Assembly: GCA_002753335.1 (NCBI GenBank)
Contig: PEAD01000025.1
Coordinates: 1 to 43,895 of the forward strand
Length of the DNA stretch: 43,895 bases
Source of the DNA: Nitrospirae bacterium MYbin3
GTDB taxonomy: Bacteria; Nitrospirota; Thermodesulfovibrionia; Thermodesulfovibrionales; Dissulfurispiraceae
Reading direction: 5' to 3'
Numbering within the stretch: position 1 is the stretch's first letter; each line of letters begins with the position of its first letter. The notes beneath the pieces were generated by a model that worked only from the letters and a program-made list of their open reading frames with translations, was not told the DNA's origin and did no database searches. The position numbers and the translations under genes are program-made. This document shows positions 27,558-37,081 of the stretch, in pieces.

Positions 27558-29429
27558 TTGTATTTTTATTTCCCGAAAATGAGACTAAAACCAAAATCGA
27601 TAATAGCCGAACACTTGCTTATAAGCGCAGTGCTTATTTCTCTTTTTGCCTTCTACGTCTACCTTGGATATCATCTGACCAACAACATAAAAGACGATGC
27701 TACTCAAATAAATCAGGCCGGAAGCCTTCGCTTCAGGTCTTTTGAAATGGCGCTTATGCTTCATAAAATATTTAATACAAAAGATATTCATGAAAAAGGA
27801 GAACTGCTGCACAAAATAAACTATAATGCCAATAAATTTGATGAAATAATCTTTGCTATAAGCGGCCGGATTTTGGACAAAGGCGGACGAAATTCTGAAG
27901 TCGAAGCAGCGCTCCATGTAATTAACGAAGAATGGTTTGAGCAAATAAGGCCTTCAATCCAGATGGCATCTAATATCAGCGACGAATCAGGCAGAGAACT
28001 AGTCAAAAGTCTGGATCTCAAAATAAAAGATTTTGTTTACAATAGAATCGACCGGTTTGTCCAGCTTCTTGAGACCGAACACAATAAGCGTGTCCGTGAA
28101 TTCAATCTTACAAGGATTTATGCTCTTATATTTTCGATCCTGATATGCATAGCCATCTTCTTTTACATCAAAAACAATATAGTAAAACCGATAATGTCAT
28201 TAAAAAAAGGCTTTCAAGAACTTCAAAACGAAAATTTCAACATAAAATTACCGGCAAAAACCAAAAATGAACATAGTGAATTGTGCGCCTCATTCAATCA
28301 GCTCGCGATAATTCTCAGCATGACGTTTCAAAATCTCAAGCTCTACTCTGAAGAGCTGATAACCCTGAACAAAGCCTCCACCAAGATGATAAACATCAAT
28401 ACCTTTGAAGGCATATGCGGCTATATCTGCGACAGCGCGGTGAATGTCTTCGACTTAAAAATGGCGTGGCTCGGCATCACAGAAGAAAAGACCAATTCTG
28501 TAAAACCTATAGCCCATTCAGGATTTGAAGATGGCTACCTGTCAAATATAAAGATAACATGGGATGATTCTCCCACCGGACGCGGGCCTTTAGGCACCGC
28601 GATAAAAACAAAACAGCCATGCGTTATTTCTATAGACGAGCCTGAATTTTCTCTATGGAAAGATGCGGCGGCCGCACGCGGATACAGATCAATTTTAGGG
28701 CTGCCTATTGTAGGCAAAGAAAAATGTTTTGGGGTGATAGGACTATACAGCGCAGAAAATGACTTTTTTACCTACGAACGAATCGAAGTCTGCAAAATGT
28801 ACGCAAACCATGCAGCGGCGGTTATCGAAAACATAAAACTTATCGAGTATATGACATTCGCCCTCGCCCGCTCAGCAGAAGCAAACGATGAGGATACAGG
28901 AAATCATATCTTGAGGGTTGGTGTTTACTGTCATATCATAGCTAAAGAAATAGGCATGAACGATGAGTTCTCAAATATGATAAAAATTCAGGCCACACTA
29001 CATGACGTCGGCAAGGTAAGCGTCTCTTCAGATATACTGAAAAAACCTTCAAAACTTACCGAAGACGAATGGTACATAATGCAGATGCATCCTGTCTTTG
29101 GAGCAAAAATTATAGGGGATCACAATATGCTGTCTATGGCAAAAAATATAGCCACCTGCCACCACGAAAGATGGGATGGCACCGGGTATCCGCACGGTCT
29201 GGCAAAAGAACAGATCCCTATTGAGGCAAGGATAATGAACATAGCCGACCAATACGACGCATTAAGAAGCAGTAGAGTCTATAAGCCTGCATTAGATCAC
29301 AAAACAGTTTGCAGGATAATAACAGAAGGCGATGGACGGACTTTGCCACAGCACTTCGACCCTCAGGTGCTAAAAGCATTCATAGCAACAGCCTCACAAA
29401 TTGAAGCGGTATATGAAGAACTGAAATAA
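27558..29429 (+). CDS. Membrane HD-GYP phosphodiesterase with NarX-like sensor, HAMP and GAF domains
   Basis: INQAGSLR P-box, two TMs, [20 protein letters not shown]; exact start uncertain. Confidence 0.88.
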   Translation: MYFYFPKMRLKPKSIIAEHLLISAVLISLFAFYVYLGYHLTNNIKDDATQINQAGSLRFRSFEMALMLHKIFNTKDIHEKGELLHKINYNANKFDEIIFAISGRILDKGGRNSEVEAALHVINEEWFEQIRPSIQMASNISDESGRELVKSLDLKIKDFVYNRIDRFVQLLETEHNKRVREFNLTRIYALIFSILICIAIFFYIKNNIVKPIMSLKKGFQELQNENFNIKLPAKTKNEHSELCASFNQLAIILSMTFQNLKLYSEELITLNKASTKMININTFEGICGYICDSAVNVFDLKMAWLGITEEKTNSVKPIAHSGFEDGYLSNIKITWDDSPTGRGPLGTAIKTKQPCVISIDEPEFSLWKDAAAARGYRSILGLPIVGKEKCFGVIGLYSAENDFFTYERIEVCKMYANHAAAVIENIKLIEYMTFALARSAEANDEDTGNHILRVGVYCHIIAKEIGMNDEFSNMIKIQATLHDVGKVSVSSDILKKPSKLTEDEWYIMQMHPVFGAKIIGDHNMLSMAKNIATCHHERWDGTGYPHGLAKEQIPIEARIMNIADQYDALRSSRVYKPALDHKTVCRIITEGDGRTLPQHFDPQVLKAFIATASQIEAVYEELK

Positions 29430-29453
29430 ACGACTCGATCCGGAGAATTTAAA

Positions 29454-30386
29454 ATAGTCTCTTACATCACAAAGCGTCTTATTCTCCTTGCACCTATTTT
29501 ATTGGGCGTAACCATAGTCGTCTTTGCGCTGCTTAAGACGCTTCCCGGAGACCCTGCCATAAGCCTTGTAGGAGAAAGGGCAACACCAGAAACCATAGCA
29601 AAGATAAGAACCAGCATCGGAGCTGACAAGGGCATTGTTGAACAATACTTTGGTTATCTTAAACTCTTGATGAACGGCGACTTCGGCAGGTCATACTTTA
29701 CAAACAGAGACGTAGGCTCAGACATCTACGCAAAATTTCCAAACACGCTCAAGCTTGCGCTTTCGGCTATGCTCATAGCCATACCTGCAGGCATACTGAT
29801 AGGTTTTCTTTCTGCCCGAAACTCGCAGGGAATAATAGCCAAAACATCAGACACACTGACACTAGCATGTCTGAGCATGCCTGTGTTCTGGAGCGCAATA
29901 CTTATCATGCTCATATTCAGCCTAAAACTAAAGCTCTTCCCACCTTCAGGCACAGGCAATCTGAATTTTCTGATATTGCCGGCCTTAGTCCTTGCGATAC
30001 CTGCGTCAGCCACAATCGCAAGAGTTACAAAAACTTCTGTTGCAGACATCCTCAGAATGCCGTATATCACAACCGCAAAAGCAAAAGGGCTGAAAGCCTT
30101 TAAAATCAATATGGTGCATGTACTAAAAAATGCGATCATTCCTATAGTAACTATCATCGGCCTCGATTTTGGCAGTTATCTGAACGGCGCCGTTGTTACC
30201 GAAACCATCTTCGGGTGGGACGGCATCGGCAGGTTCATTATGGAGGGAATACTAAAACGGGATTACCCCGTAATAATGGGCTGCATAGTGGTAGGCACAG
30301 CAGTTTTTGTAGTGGTAAACCTTATAACAGACATAGCGTACCATTTTCTCGACCCAAGGATAAAACTGCATGCCAAAGACAGGTAA
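29454..30386 (+). CDS. Peptide/nickel ABC permease DppB-like (apparent ATA start)
   Basis: SYITKRL..LLGVT, PGDPA, DFGRS, ETIF.W.G.G, RDYPVI, LDPRI. Confidence 0.88.
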   Translation: MVSYITKRLILLAPILLGVTIVVFALLKTLPGDPAISLVGERATPETIAKIRTSIGADKGIVEQYFGYLKLLMNGDFGRSYFTNRDVGSDIYAKFPNTLKLALSAMLIAIPAGILIGFLSARNSQGIIAKTSDTLTLACLSMPVFWSAILIMLIFSLKLKLFPPSGTGNLNFLILPALVLAIPASATIARVTKTSVADILRMPYITTAKAKGLKAFKINMVHVLKNAIIPIVTIIGLDFGSYLNGAVVTETIFGWDGIGRFIMEGILKRDYPVIMGCIVVGTAVFVVVNLITDIAYHFLDPRIKLHAKDR

Positions 30387-31176
30387 AGCCGCGCTTGTTT
30401 TTATCATTGCGGTATTCCTCGTTTCGATAATTTCGTCAGGCCTGCGGCATGCCGATCCATACCGCATAGACCTCGACTCTATAAAGCAGTCGCCTAATTT
30501 CTCTCACCCCTTCGGAACAGACACAAAAGGCAGAGATATTTTCTGGAGGGTTGCTGCGGGAGGTAAGTTTTCAATCGGAATAGCGCTTATAGCCGCTTTT
30601 ATATCTGCGGCGATCGGCTTTTCTTTTGGGATTACGGCAGGATACTTCGGGGGAAAAATTGATGCCGCCCTGATGGCCTTTGTAGATTTCATGCTCTCAT
30701 TTCCCTCGCTACTCCTTGCGATAGCTATATCTGTGGTTATGCCTCCGGGCATCTACACCGTTATGATAGCTCTTTCTGCAGTGGGCTGGGCTTCGTTCGC
30801 AAGACTGATAAGAGGACATGTGCTGACGGTTAAAACAATGCCCTACATAGACTCGGCAAGGGCTGTAGGCTGCGGCGACTTGAGAATCCTCTTCCTGCAT
30901 ATAGCTCCGCTTTGCATACCTTTAAGCCTTGTAATGATGGGAATCAAGCTCGGAGGTTTCATCCTTGCTGAGGCGACTCTAAGCTTTCTTGGGTTGGGGG
31001 CCCAACCGCCCACACCTACGTGGGGTTCTATGATAAGCGCACACAGGGGGTATGTGCTGACAGCCCCGTGGATGGTATTATTTCCGGGCTTAGCGCTTAC
31101 ACTTACAGCGTTCTGTTTTAATTTGGTGGGGGAAACCCTGAGAGAAAAATTTGAACTGAAGGATTCGAGGCTTTAA
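30370..31176 (+). CDS. Peptide/nickel ABC permease DppC-like
   Basis: HPFGTD..GRD, EATLSFLGLG..PP.PTWG. Confidence 0.9.
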   Translation: MPKTGKAALVFIIAVFLVSIISSGLRHADPYRIDLDSIKQSPNFSHPFGTDTKGRDIFWRVAAGGKFSIGIALIAAFISAAIGFSFGITAGYFGGKIDAALMAFVDFMLSFPSLLLAIAISVVMPPGIYTVMIALSAVGWASFARLIRGHVLTVKTMPYIDSARAVGCGDLRILFLHIAPLCIPLSLVMMGIKLGGFILAEATLSFLGLGAQPPTPTWGSMISAHRGYVLTAPWMVLFPGLALTLTAFCFNLVGETLREKFELKDSRL

Positions 31177-31574
31177 ATATCTTTTTTGAGTCTTTCTTCT
31201 TCTTCCTGCTCGGTCTTGCAATCAATGCACATAGTTGTAACCGGACGGGCTTCGAGTCTTTTAACATTAATATCTTCACCGCACACTTCACAGGCTCCAT
31301 AGTTGCCGCTGTCTATCTTCTCTATAGCTTCTTCTATCTTGTTCAACAGCTTCTTCTCCCTGCCGCGAAGACGCAGCATAAAACCTCTGTCTGTGTCGGA
31401 AGAAGCCTGGTCCCCCATCTCCGAAAAAACATTTTCCTCAGGAAGAGCGCTTAAAGATGCGTCAGCTTCAGTTAGTAGCTCCTCGCGCTGACTGAGCAGC
31501 TTTTTGCGGATTTCCTGAAACTTTTGTTCCCTGACCGACAATGTTTTGTCTTTTACTTTAGGTTTATCCTTCAT
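31173..31574 (-). CDS. dksA: DksA/TraR C4 zinc-finger protein
   Basis: YGACEVCGE.I...RLEARP....CIDCK. Confidence 0.9.
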   Translation of the reverse strand: MKDKPKVKDKTLSVREQKFQEIRKKLLSQREELLTEADASLSALPEENVFSEMGDQASSDTDRGFMLRLRGREKKLLNKIEEAIEKIDSGNYGACEVCGEDINVKRLEARPVTTMCIDCKTEQEEEERLKKDI

Positions 31575-31704
31575 TAATTGCCCCTATTATGCTACTCGTA
31601 TTGAAAGTTATTTTTTAATGCTAACAAAAAAAAACAGATATAGTCAAACAAACTAAAGCAACAAAAAAACAGGCCCCGTCATGACTGTGTTATAATAAAA
31701 AGTT

Positions 31705-31899
31705 ATGAGCTCATTTGATAAACGAATAACAGACGATAAAGAAGATTGCTTTTCCGACCCCGGTTGAGGACATATCTGCCCTCTGGACTGGGGGCATAAC
31801 TTTTGCTCTATTTGCAAGCCTGATCCCAAAACCACAGGCATAAATTCAAAAAATCAGTTAAAATTACCTAATGGAACAGGAAAAGAAAAACGCAACTGA
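31705..31899 (+). CDS. Candidate 64-aa selenoprotein (UGA 31765 read as Sec), leaderless
   Basis: MSSFDKRITDDKEDCFSDPG-U-GHICPLDWGHNFCSICKPDP...; SECIS-like hairpin 31777-31796; TGtTATAAT at 31688-31696. Confidence 0.55.
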
Positions 31900-32311
31900 G
31901 CTTTTCAGGAGAGCTCTCGTAAGCATTGATATTATTTTTCATGTAGTTGCGGCGCTTCTGCTCCTTATTGCCTGCGGATTTATAATGTACTACGCGTTTC
32001 TGAACATATTAACCCCTTCCCGTGATGCCATGATACACCTTGTGAACGATGTACTGCTGGCGCTGATAATTCTTGAACTGCTATGGACTGTGATAAGGTT
32101 TCTCAAGAAACAAAAATTTATTCTTGCGCCCTTCCTTGCAATAGGCATCATAGCGGCTATTAGAAGAATTCTTTTAATAGAAGCACAAACCTCGTTCATG
32201 GAGCATGTCCCTGCCGAAAAACTGTATGAAATCGGACTTAGCGCCGGTGTTATAATAACCCTAATGTGCGCGTATTACCTTTCTGTTAAAGCCGAAAAAA
32301 TTGAATCATAA
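31871..32311 (+). CDS. PsiE-like four-TM membrane protein
   Basis: LL.LIILELL.TV, PFL.IGIIA.IRRIL. Confidence 0.82.
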   Translation: MEQEKKNATELFRRALVSIDIIFHVVAALLLLIACGFIMYYAFLNILTPSRDAMIHLVNDVLLALIILELLWTVIRFLKKQKFILAPFLAIGIIAAIRRILLIEAQTSFMEHVPAEKLYEIGLSAGVIITLMCAYYLSVKAEKIES

Positions 32312-32335
32312 AAAAACAAGCGGAGGATTGTAAAC

Positions 32336-32833
32336 ATGGCAGATGAACACAGCTTAGATATAGCCTGCGAGATCGATATGCAGGAAGTGCTCAACGCCGT
32401 CACTCAGGCCACAAAGGAGATAGGGCAGCGCTTTGACTTTAAGGGCAGCAAAAGCAGCATCGAGCTGGACAAAGCAAAAGGCATACTAACACTGCTTTCG
32501 GATGACGAACAGAAGCTCAAAAGCGTGGTTGATATACTGCAGTCAAAAATGGTCAAAAGAAGCATCCCGCTTAAAGCTCTGAGCTACGGCAAAGTAGACC
32601 CTGCAGCCTCAAATACCGTAAGACAGATTATAACCCTTCAGCAGGGCATTCCACAGGATAAGTCAAAAGAAATAGTTAAGCTAATAAAAGAGACCAAGCT
32701 TAAGGTGAATGCAGAAATTCAGAAAGATCAGGTGCGTGTAAAGGGAAAGAAAATAGACGACCTTCAGACCATAATGGCGCTACTAAAAGACAAGGATTTC
32801 GGGATACACCTGCAGTTCAAGAATTACCGTTGA
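32336..32833 (+). CDS. yajQ: YajQ family nucleotide/c-di-GMP-binding protein
   Basis: RFDFKGSK, L.QGI, VRV.GKK.DDLQ, QF.NYR. Confidence 0.95.
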   Translation: MADEHSLDIACEIDMQEVLNAVTQATKEIGQRFDFKGSKSSIELDKAKGILTLLSDDEQKLKSVVDILQSKMVKRSIPLKALSYGKVDPAASNTVRQIITLQQGIPQDKSKEIVKLIKETKLKVNAEIQKDQVRVKGKKIDDLQTIMALLKDKDFGIHLQFKNYR

Positions 32834-32838
32834 AAACC

Positions 32839-33585
32839 CTATACGGCAGCAATTGGGCCTTCAAGGCCGCCGTTGATAAACTGCACTACAACTGGATTTA
32901 GAGAGTTCTTAATCTCGTCCGAAGTTCCGGTTTCAACTATAACTCCTTCGTGAAGCATCGCAATCCTGTCAGCAACATCGAATATCTCAGGTATTTCATG
33001 GCTTATTATCACTCCGGTAAACCTGTATTTTTTGTGAGTGGTCATTATCAGCCTATGAATTGAGCTTAGGATTATCGGGTCAAGGCCTGTGGTAGGCTCG
33101 TCAAAAAAAACAATCTTTGGTTCGGTAATCAGCGTTCGGGCAAGGGCCACCCGTTTTCTCATACCGCCGCTCACCTCTGCAGGGAATTTCATATTCATGC
33201 CCTTCAGCCCAACATCATTCAATGCCTGAATAACCCTGTCATTAATTTCGGATTCACTAAGCTTAGTTTTTTCACGCAAAGGAAACGCCACATTGTCATA
33301 AACATTTATCGAATCAAAAAGCGCTCCGCCCTGGAACAAAACTCCAAGATGCTCCCTCACTTTATCCATATCTCGTGATCCAAGGGTTGTTATGTCCGTT
33401 CCATCAACCAGTATTTTCCCGCTGTCCGGCTTTAGCAGACCGATAAGATGCTTGAGCAGCACGCTCTTTCCTCCACCGCTCTTGCCGATAATAGCCATAA
33501 GCACATTGTCAGCTATGGTGAGATTTACACCGTTGAGTACCCTGTTGCCGTCAAATGTTTTTACTAAATCTATTATCTCTATCAT
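32839..33585 (-). CDS. mlaF: MlaF-like ABC ATPase
   Basis: GKSGGGKS, FQGGALFDS, SGGMRKR, DEPTTGLDP. Confidence 0.9.
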   Translation of the reverse strand: MIEIIDLVKTFDGNRVLNGVNLTIADNVLMAIIGKSGGGKSVLLKHLIGLLKPDSGKILVDGTDITTLGSRDMDKVREHLGVLFQGGALFDSINVYDNVAFPLREKTKLSESEINDRVIQALNDVGLKGMNMKFPAEVSGGMRKRVALARTLITEPKIVFFDEPTTGLDPIILSSIHRLIMTTHKKYRFTGVIISHEIPEIFDVADRIAMLHEGVIVETGTSDEIKNSLNPVVVQFINGGLEGPIAAV

Positions 33586-33592
33586 GCCGCTC

Positions 33593-34363
33593 TCACAAAA
33601 GAATAGATCCCATAAAATAATCCCATATCAAAATCAAAACCGAAGATGTTACAACAGCCTCGGTCGTTGACTTGCTTACGCCCTCTGCCCCGTAGCCGGT
33701 GTTAAACCCCTTGTAGCAGCATACCCAAGCAACTATCAGTCCAAAGCTCAGGGATTTATAAAGTCCCATTCTTATATCTTTCATGTCCACAAAAACTTCC
33801 ATCTGAGAAAAATAAGTTCCGCCGCTCATGCCAAGCAGATCAACCGCAACAACATAGCCTCCGAATATGCCGATTACATCGAATATGGCTGTAAGCAGCG
33901 GAAACACTATCACCGCCGCCACCAGATTCGGGACTATCAAGTATCTGAACGGATTCAACGCCATAGAACTAAGCGCATCAATCTGCTCCGAAATGCGCAT
34001 AATGCCTATCTCGGCAGTAAGCGCCGAACCTGCCCTGCCGGTGACCATAAGAGCAGCAAGCACCGGACCGAGTTCTCTGATAAGGCTCAATGCTATCGCA
34101 GGACCAAGGAGCGCATCCGAGCCGAATTTTCTCAGAGTATAGTAAAGCTGAAGCGCAAGCACCATTCCTGCAAAAGAGCCTGTAAGCAAAATTACAACCA
34201 TCGATTTATTGCCGAAAAACCTAATCTGCTTGAGCAGCAGCCTGAACTTAAACGGAGGGATAAAGGCAAAATAAATAGCATTCGCAAGAAAAATAAGCAT
34301 GTCTCCCATTTTTCTTAATGTTGTTAAGGCCCAAGAACCGAGTTTTCTAATCATATTCAGCAC
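33593..34363 (-). CDS. mlaE: MlaE-like ABC permease
   Basis: RELGPVL.ALMV.GR.GS..AEIG.M..SEQIDAL. Confidence 0.92.
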   Translation of the reverse strand: MLNMIRKLGSWALTTLRKMGDMLIFLANAIYFAFIPPFKFRLLLKQIRFFGNKSMVVILLTGSFAGMVLALQLYYTLRKFGSDALLGPAIALSLIRELGPVLAALMVTGRAGSALTAEIGIMRISEQIDALSSMALNPFRYLIVPNLVAAVIVFPLLTAIFDVIGIFGGYVVAVDLLGMSGGTYFSQMEVFVDMKDIRMGLYKSLSFGLIVAWVCCYKGFNTGYGAEGVSKSTTEAVVTSSVLILIWDYFMGSILL

Positions 34364-34573
34364 ATGATTTTATATCAGAGGAACACTTGCTTTGGCAAGG
34401 CATAAAACACTTCTCAAAACTCCCTCATTCACTGAACATTCTGGTGCAGCACGAGGCAGTCGCCTTATAGATTAGAAGTGACTGTCACTATTGGGTTGCT
34501 TTAAAAACATTGCACTTTTAGTTTTATCTAATGTAATATATTGTCATACATTGTGATTCATAAGGAGACGCTA

Positions 34574-34993
34574 ATGCCGACAGTACAAAAAAGCATCCGT
34601 ATTCAACACAAAACCATTAAAGAAATCGAAAGGATAGCAAAGCAGGCCAACAGGGAGTTTTCTTCTGTTACAAATGAGCTTCTTGATAATGCAATAAAAA
34701 TGCAGCGCGTCCCGGGGATTGTCTTTTCGGAGGGAACAACAGGCCTGCGGGCTAGAATTGCCGGAACAGGAATTGAAGTATGGGAATTGATTGCTACGTA
34801 TAAAAGCGTTAATAACGACCTTGTCCGCTTACGGAAAGCCTACCACTGGCTGACAGAACAGCAGCTTAGAGCCGCCATCGGTTATTACAGGGCTTACCCC
34901 GAAGAAATCAATTCACTGATGGAACTTAACGAACAACTGACCGAAGACACTATATTTGAAAAATATCCCTTCCTTGCAATAGCGGGCAATTGA
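34574..34993 (+). CDS. DUF433 antitoxin with N-terminal RHH-like region
   Basis: ARIAGTGI.VWE, L...Q..AA..YY; AAGGAG RBS. Confidence 0.82.
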   Translation: MPTVQKSIRIQHKTIKEIERIAKQANREFSSVTNELLDNAIKMQRVPGIVFSEGTTGLRARIAGTGIEVWELIATYKSVNNDLVRLRKAYHWLTEQQLRAAIGYYRAYPEEINSLMELNEQLTEDTIFEKYPFLAIAGN

Positions 34994-35337
34994 AATATTA
35001 TCTCGACGAAGACCTGAGTCCAAAAATATTTGATATATTAAGAAGGCATGGCATAGATGCAATAAGCGCTCAAGATGTCGGCATGCTTCAGGCCTCGGAT
35101 ATGGAACAACTAAAATACGCAGCTTCCGAGTGCCGCTGCCTTGTGACCCGGAACAGAAATGACTTCATAGTCCTGACCGTTCAGTTCTTCAATGAACACA
35201 GACTGCACAAAGGGATATTGATTGTACCGCATACATTGCCCGGCGATAACTTTTCGCTTATAGCCAAAGCTATTATGAAACACCACAAAAAATATTCAAA
35301 AGAAAAACCGGCCCTCTATTCCATTGACTTTCTGTAA
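34990..35337 (+). CDS. DUF5615 PIN-like toxin
   Basis: YLDEDL, D..QL..A, LVTRN.NDF, H.GI. Confidence 0.85.
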   Translation: MKYYLDEDLSPKIFDILRRHGIDAISAQDVGMLQASDMEQLKYAASECRCLVTRNRNDFIVLTVQFFNEHRLHKGILIVPHTLPGDNFSLIAKAIMKHHKKYSKEKPALYSIDFL

Positions 35338-36416
35338 TCGTAAAAAGGGCAAGGAATTTGACGAATTTGAGGATGTTTGATAACTAAATCTTCGCCTGCA
35401 AGGGCCTCAATGAGAAATGTTTTTAAACACTTCTTTTCTTCAGCGCTCAGATTCAGGGGCTTTAAAGCATCGTTTCCAGCACCTCCGCCGCGATCAAAAA
35501 AATCTATAACTTCATCAAGTGTTTTGAACACACCGTTATGCATGTATGGAGCTGTTTTTGAAACTTCGCGCAAGGCAGGTGTTCTGAAAGCCCTCCAGTC
35601 TTTTTTATCTTTGGTGACAAGATATCTGCCGGGGTCTTCATTAAGTGTTCTGTAATCCTCAAACCCGGAAATCTTGGCCACAAATCTCCTCGTAGCAGCA
35701 ATACCTGCGTCGTCTTTAAAATCGGGGTTTTCAGGTACATTAAGCGCGTAAAACTTATCATCAGACAGTGTTGCTCCGTAATGACAGTCCGCACATTTGC
35801 CCTTTCCTGTAAAAGTTATGAGCCCTTTTACGGCATCCTTGGACAATGCTTTTTTATCCCCTTTGAGATACCTGTCGAGAGGCGAATTCTTTGAAATAAG
35901 GCTTCGCTGAAAAGAGGCAAGCGCCATAGCAATTTTTTTCTTGTCAGGTTCAGCGCCAAAAACTTTTTTAAAATCGGCAACATACTCAGGAACTCCCCGA
36001 ATCACCTCTTCAACAAAATCAAGATTCCGGTTCATCTCGAACGCAGACATTATCGGAAACAGAGCCTGCTCTTCTAAACTTTTACCCCTGCCTTCATAAA
36101 AGAGAAATTTCTGAAGCCCTATATTTATAAGGGTTGACGTGTTTCTCCAGTTCTTTGTTGTCGGGTAGCTCATACCTATATCCTGACCGTCAGCAAAGGC
36201 CTGATCAGGAATATGGCATGTGGCACAGCTCATCGTTCCGTCGCCCGAAAGCCTGCGGTCAAAAAAAAGTTTTTTGCCCAGCTCTGTTTTTTCGTATGTC
36301 TGCGGATTATCTATCGGCTCGGGTGAAGGCTTTATCGGCTCAAGGTTTCCGGCAAAAGTCTGGCCTGACAAGAAAACAAGCACACCGCACAAAAACAGTA
36401 GGCTACTTCTTCGCAT
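35316..36416 (-). CDS. Diheme cytochrome c peroxidase/MauG family protein
   Basis: Signal peptide, LG..LFFD..LS, CATCH, CADCH, F.TP.LR, APYMHNG. Confidence 0.9.
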   Translation of the reverse strand: MRRSSLLFLCGVLVFLSGQTFAGNLEPIKPSPEPIDNPQTYEKTELGKKLFFDRRLSGDGTMSCATCHIPDQAFADGQDIGMSYPTTKNWRNTSTLINIGLQKFLFYEGRGKSLEEQALFPIMSAFEMNRNLDFVEEVIRGVPEYVADFKKVFGAEPDKKKIAMALASFQRSLISKNSPLDRYLKGDKKALSKDAVKGLITFTGKGKCADCHYGATLSDDKFYALNVPENPDFKDDAGIAATRRFVAKISGFEDYRTLNEDPGRYLVTKDKKDWRAFRTPALREVSKTAPYMHNGVFKTLDEVIDFFDRGGGAGNDALKPLNLSAEEKKCLKTFLIEALAGEDLVIKHPQIRQIPCPFYDYRKSME

Positions 36417-36996
36417 TCTTCAGTTCCTCTTCAACTATCTTCCGCAGATATTCGTAAGACCTGTTCCCTACAACCATCCTGCCGTTGATAAAAAAAGTCG
36501 GTGTGTTGTAAAGGTCCATGCTCTTAGCCAGTTTTTTATCTCGTTCGATTATGGCTGAATATTTTTTGCCATCAATCGAATCAGTGAACTTCTTTACATC
36601 GAGATTAATCTCCTGAGCGTATTTGACAAGGCTTTTCTTTTCGAGCTGTGGCGACTTCTTCAGCATAATGCTGTGCATCTCCCAGAACTTGCCCTGCTCA
36701 TTTGCTGCCATTGCAGCTTCGGCAGCAATATGAGAAAAATCTCTGTATTGATACGGGTAGTGTTTGACCACCAGCTTAACTTTGCCATCAAAGTCTTTCA
36801 TGATTTTGTGTACGGCCGGACCGGCCCCCACGCAGTGAGGTCATTGATAATCTATGAATTCGATAATAGTTACCGGCGCGTTAGAATTGCCGTATGAAGG
36901 TGAATTGTCTATCGAAACAGAATATCTCTTTTCGGTCTCGGCAAAAATGTTTGAACTTAAAAATACAAAAAATAAAACGACAAAAATTTTCTTCAT
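36403..36996 (-). CDS. DsbA/BdbD-like selenoprotein with UPHC motif (197 aa)
   Basis: AGGAG+ATG 36996, signal peptide, APVTIIEFIDYQ-TGA(36843)-PHC in frame with AAEAA..QGKFWEMH..TPTFFING. Confidence 0.9.
36808..36831 (-). promoter_or_regulatory. SECIS-like hairpin for DsbA UGA
   Basis: GGCC-GGTCC-GGCC; GG 18 nt after UGA. Confidence 0.7.
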
Positions 36997-37027
36997 TTTT
37001 CAACTCCTGTTTTTAGTTTTCTTAATC

Positions 37028-37060
37028 AAAAGAGCCCTCTACCGTTACGCAGAGGGCTCT
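37028..37060 (-). terminator. Intrinsic terminator after FDH operon
   Basis: agagccctct/agagggctct stem followed by short T run on minus strand. Confidence 0.7.
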
Positions 37061-37081
37061 CCTTCAAGGATAAAAAAAGTT

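Noticed and set aside
31653..31841. 62-aa minus-strand ORF from the track
   Set aside because: No RBS or motif; antisense to the better-supported plus-strand candidate
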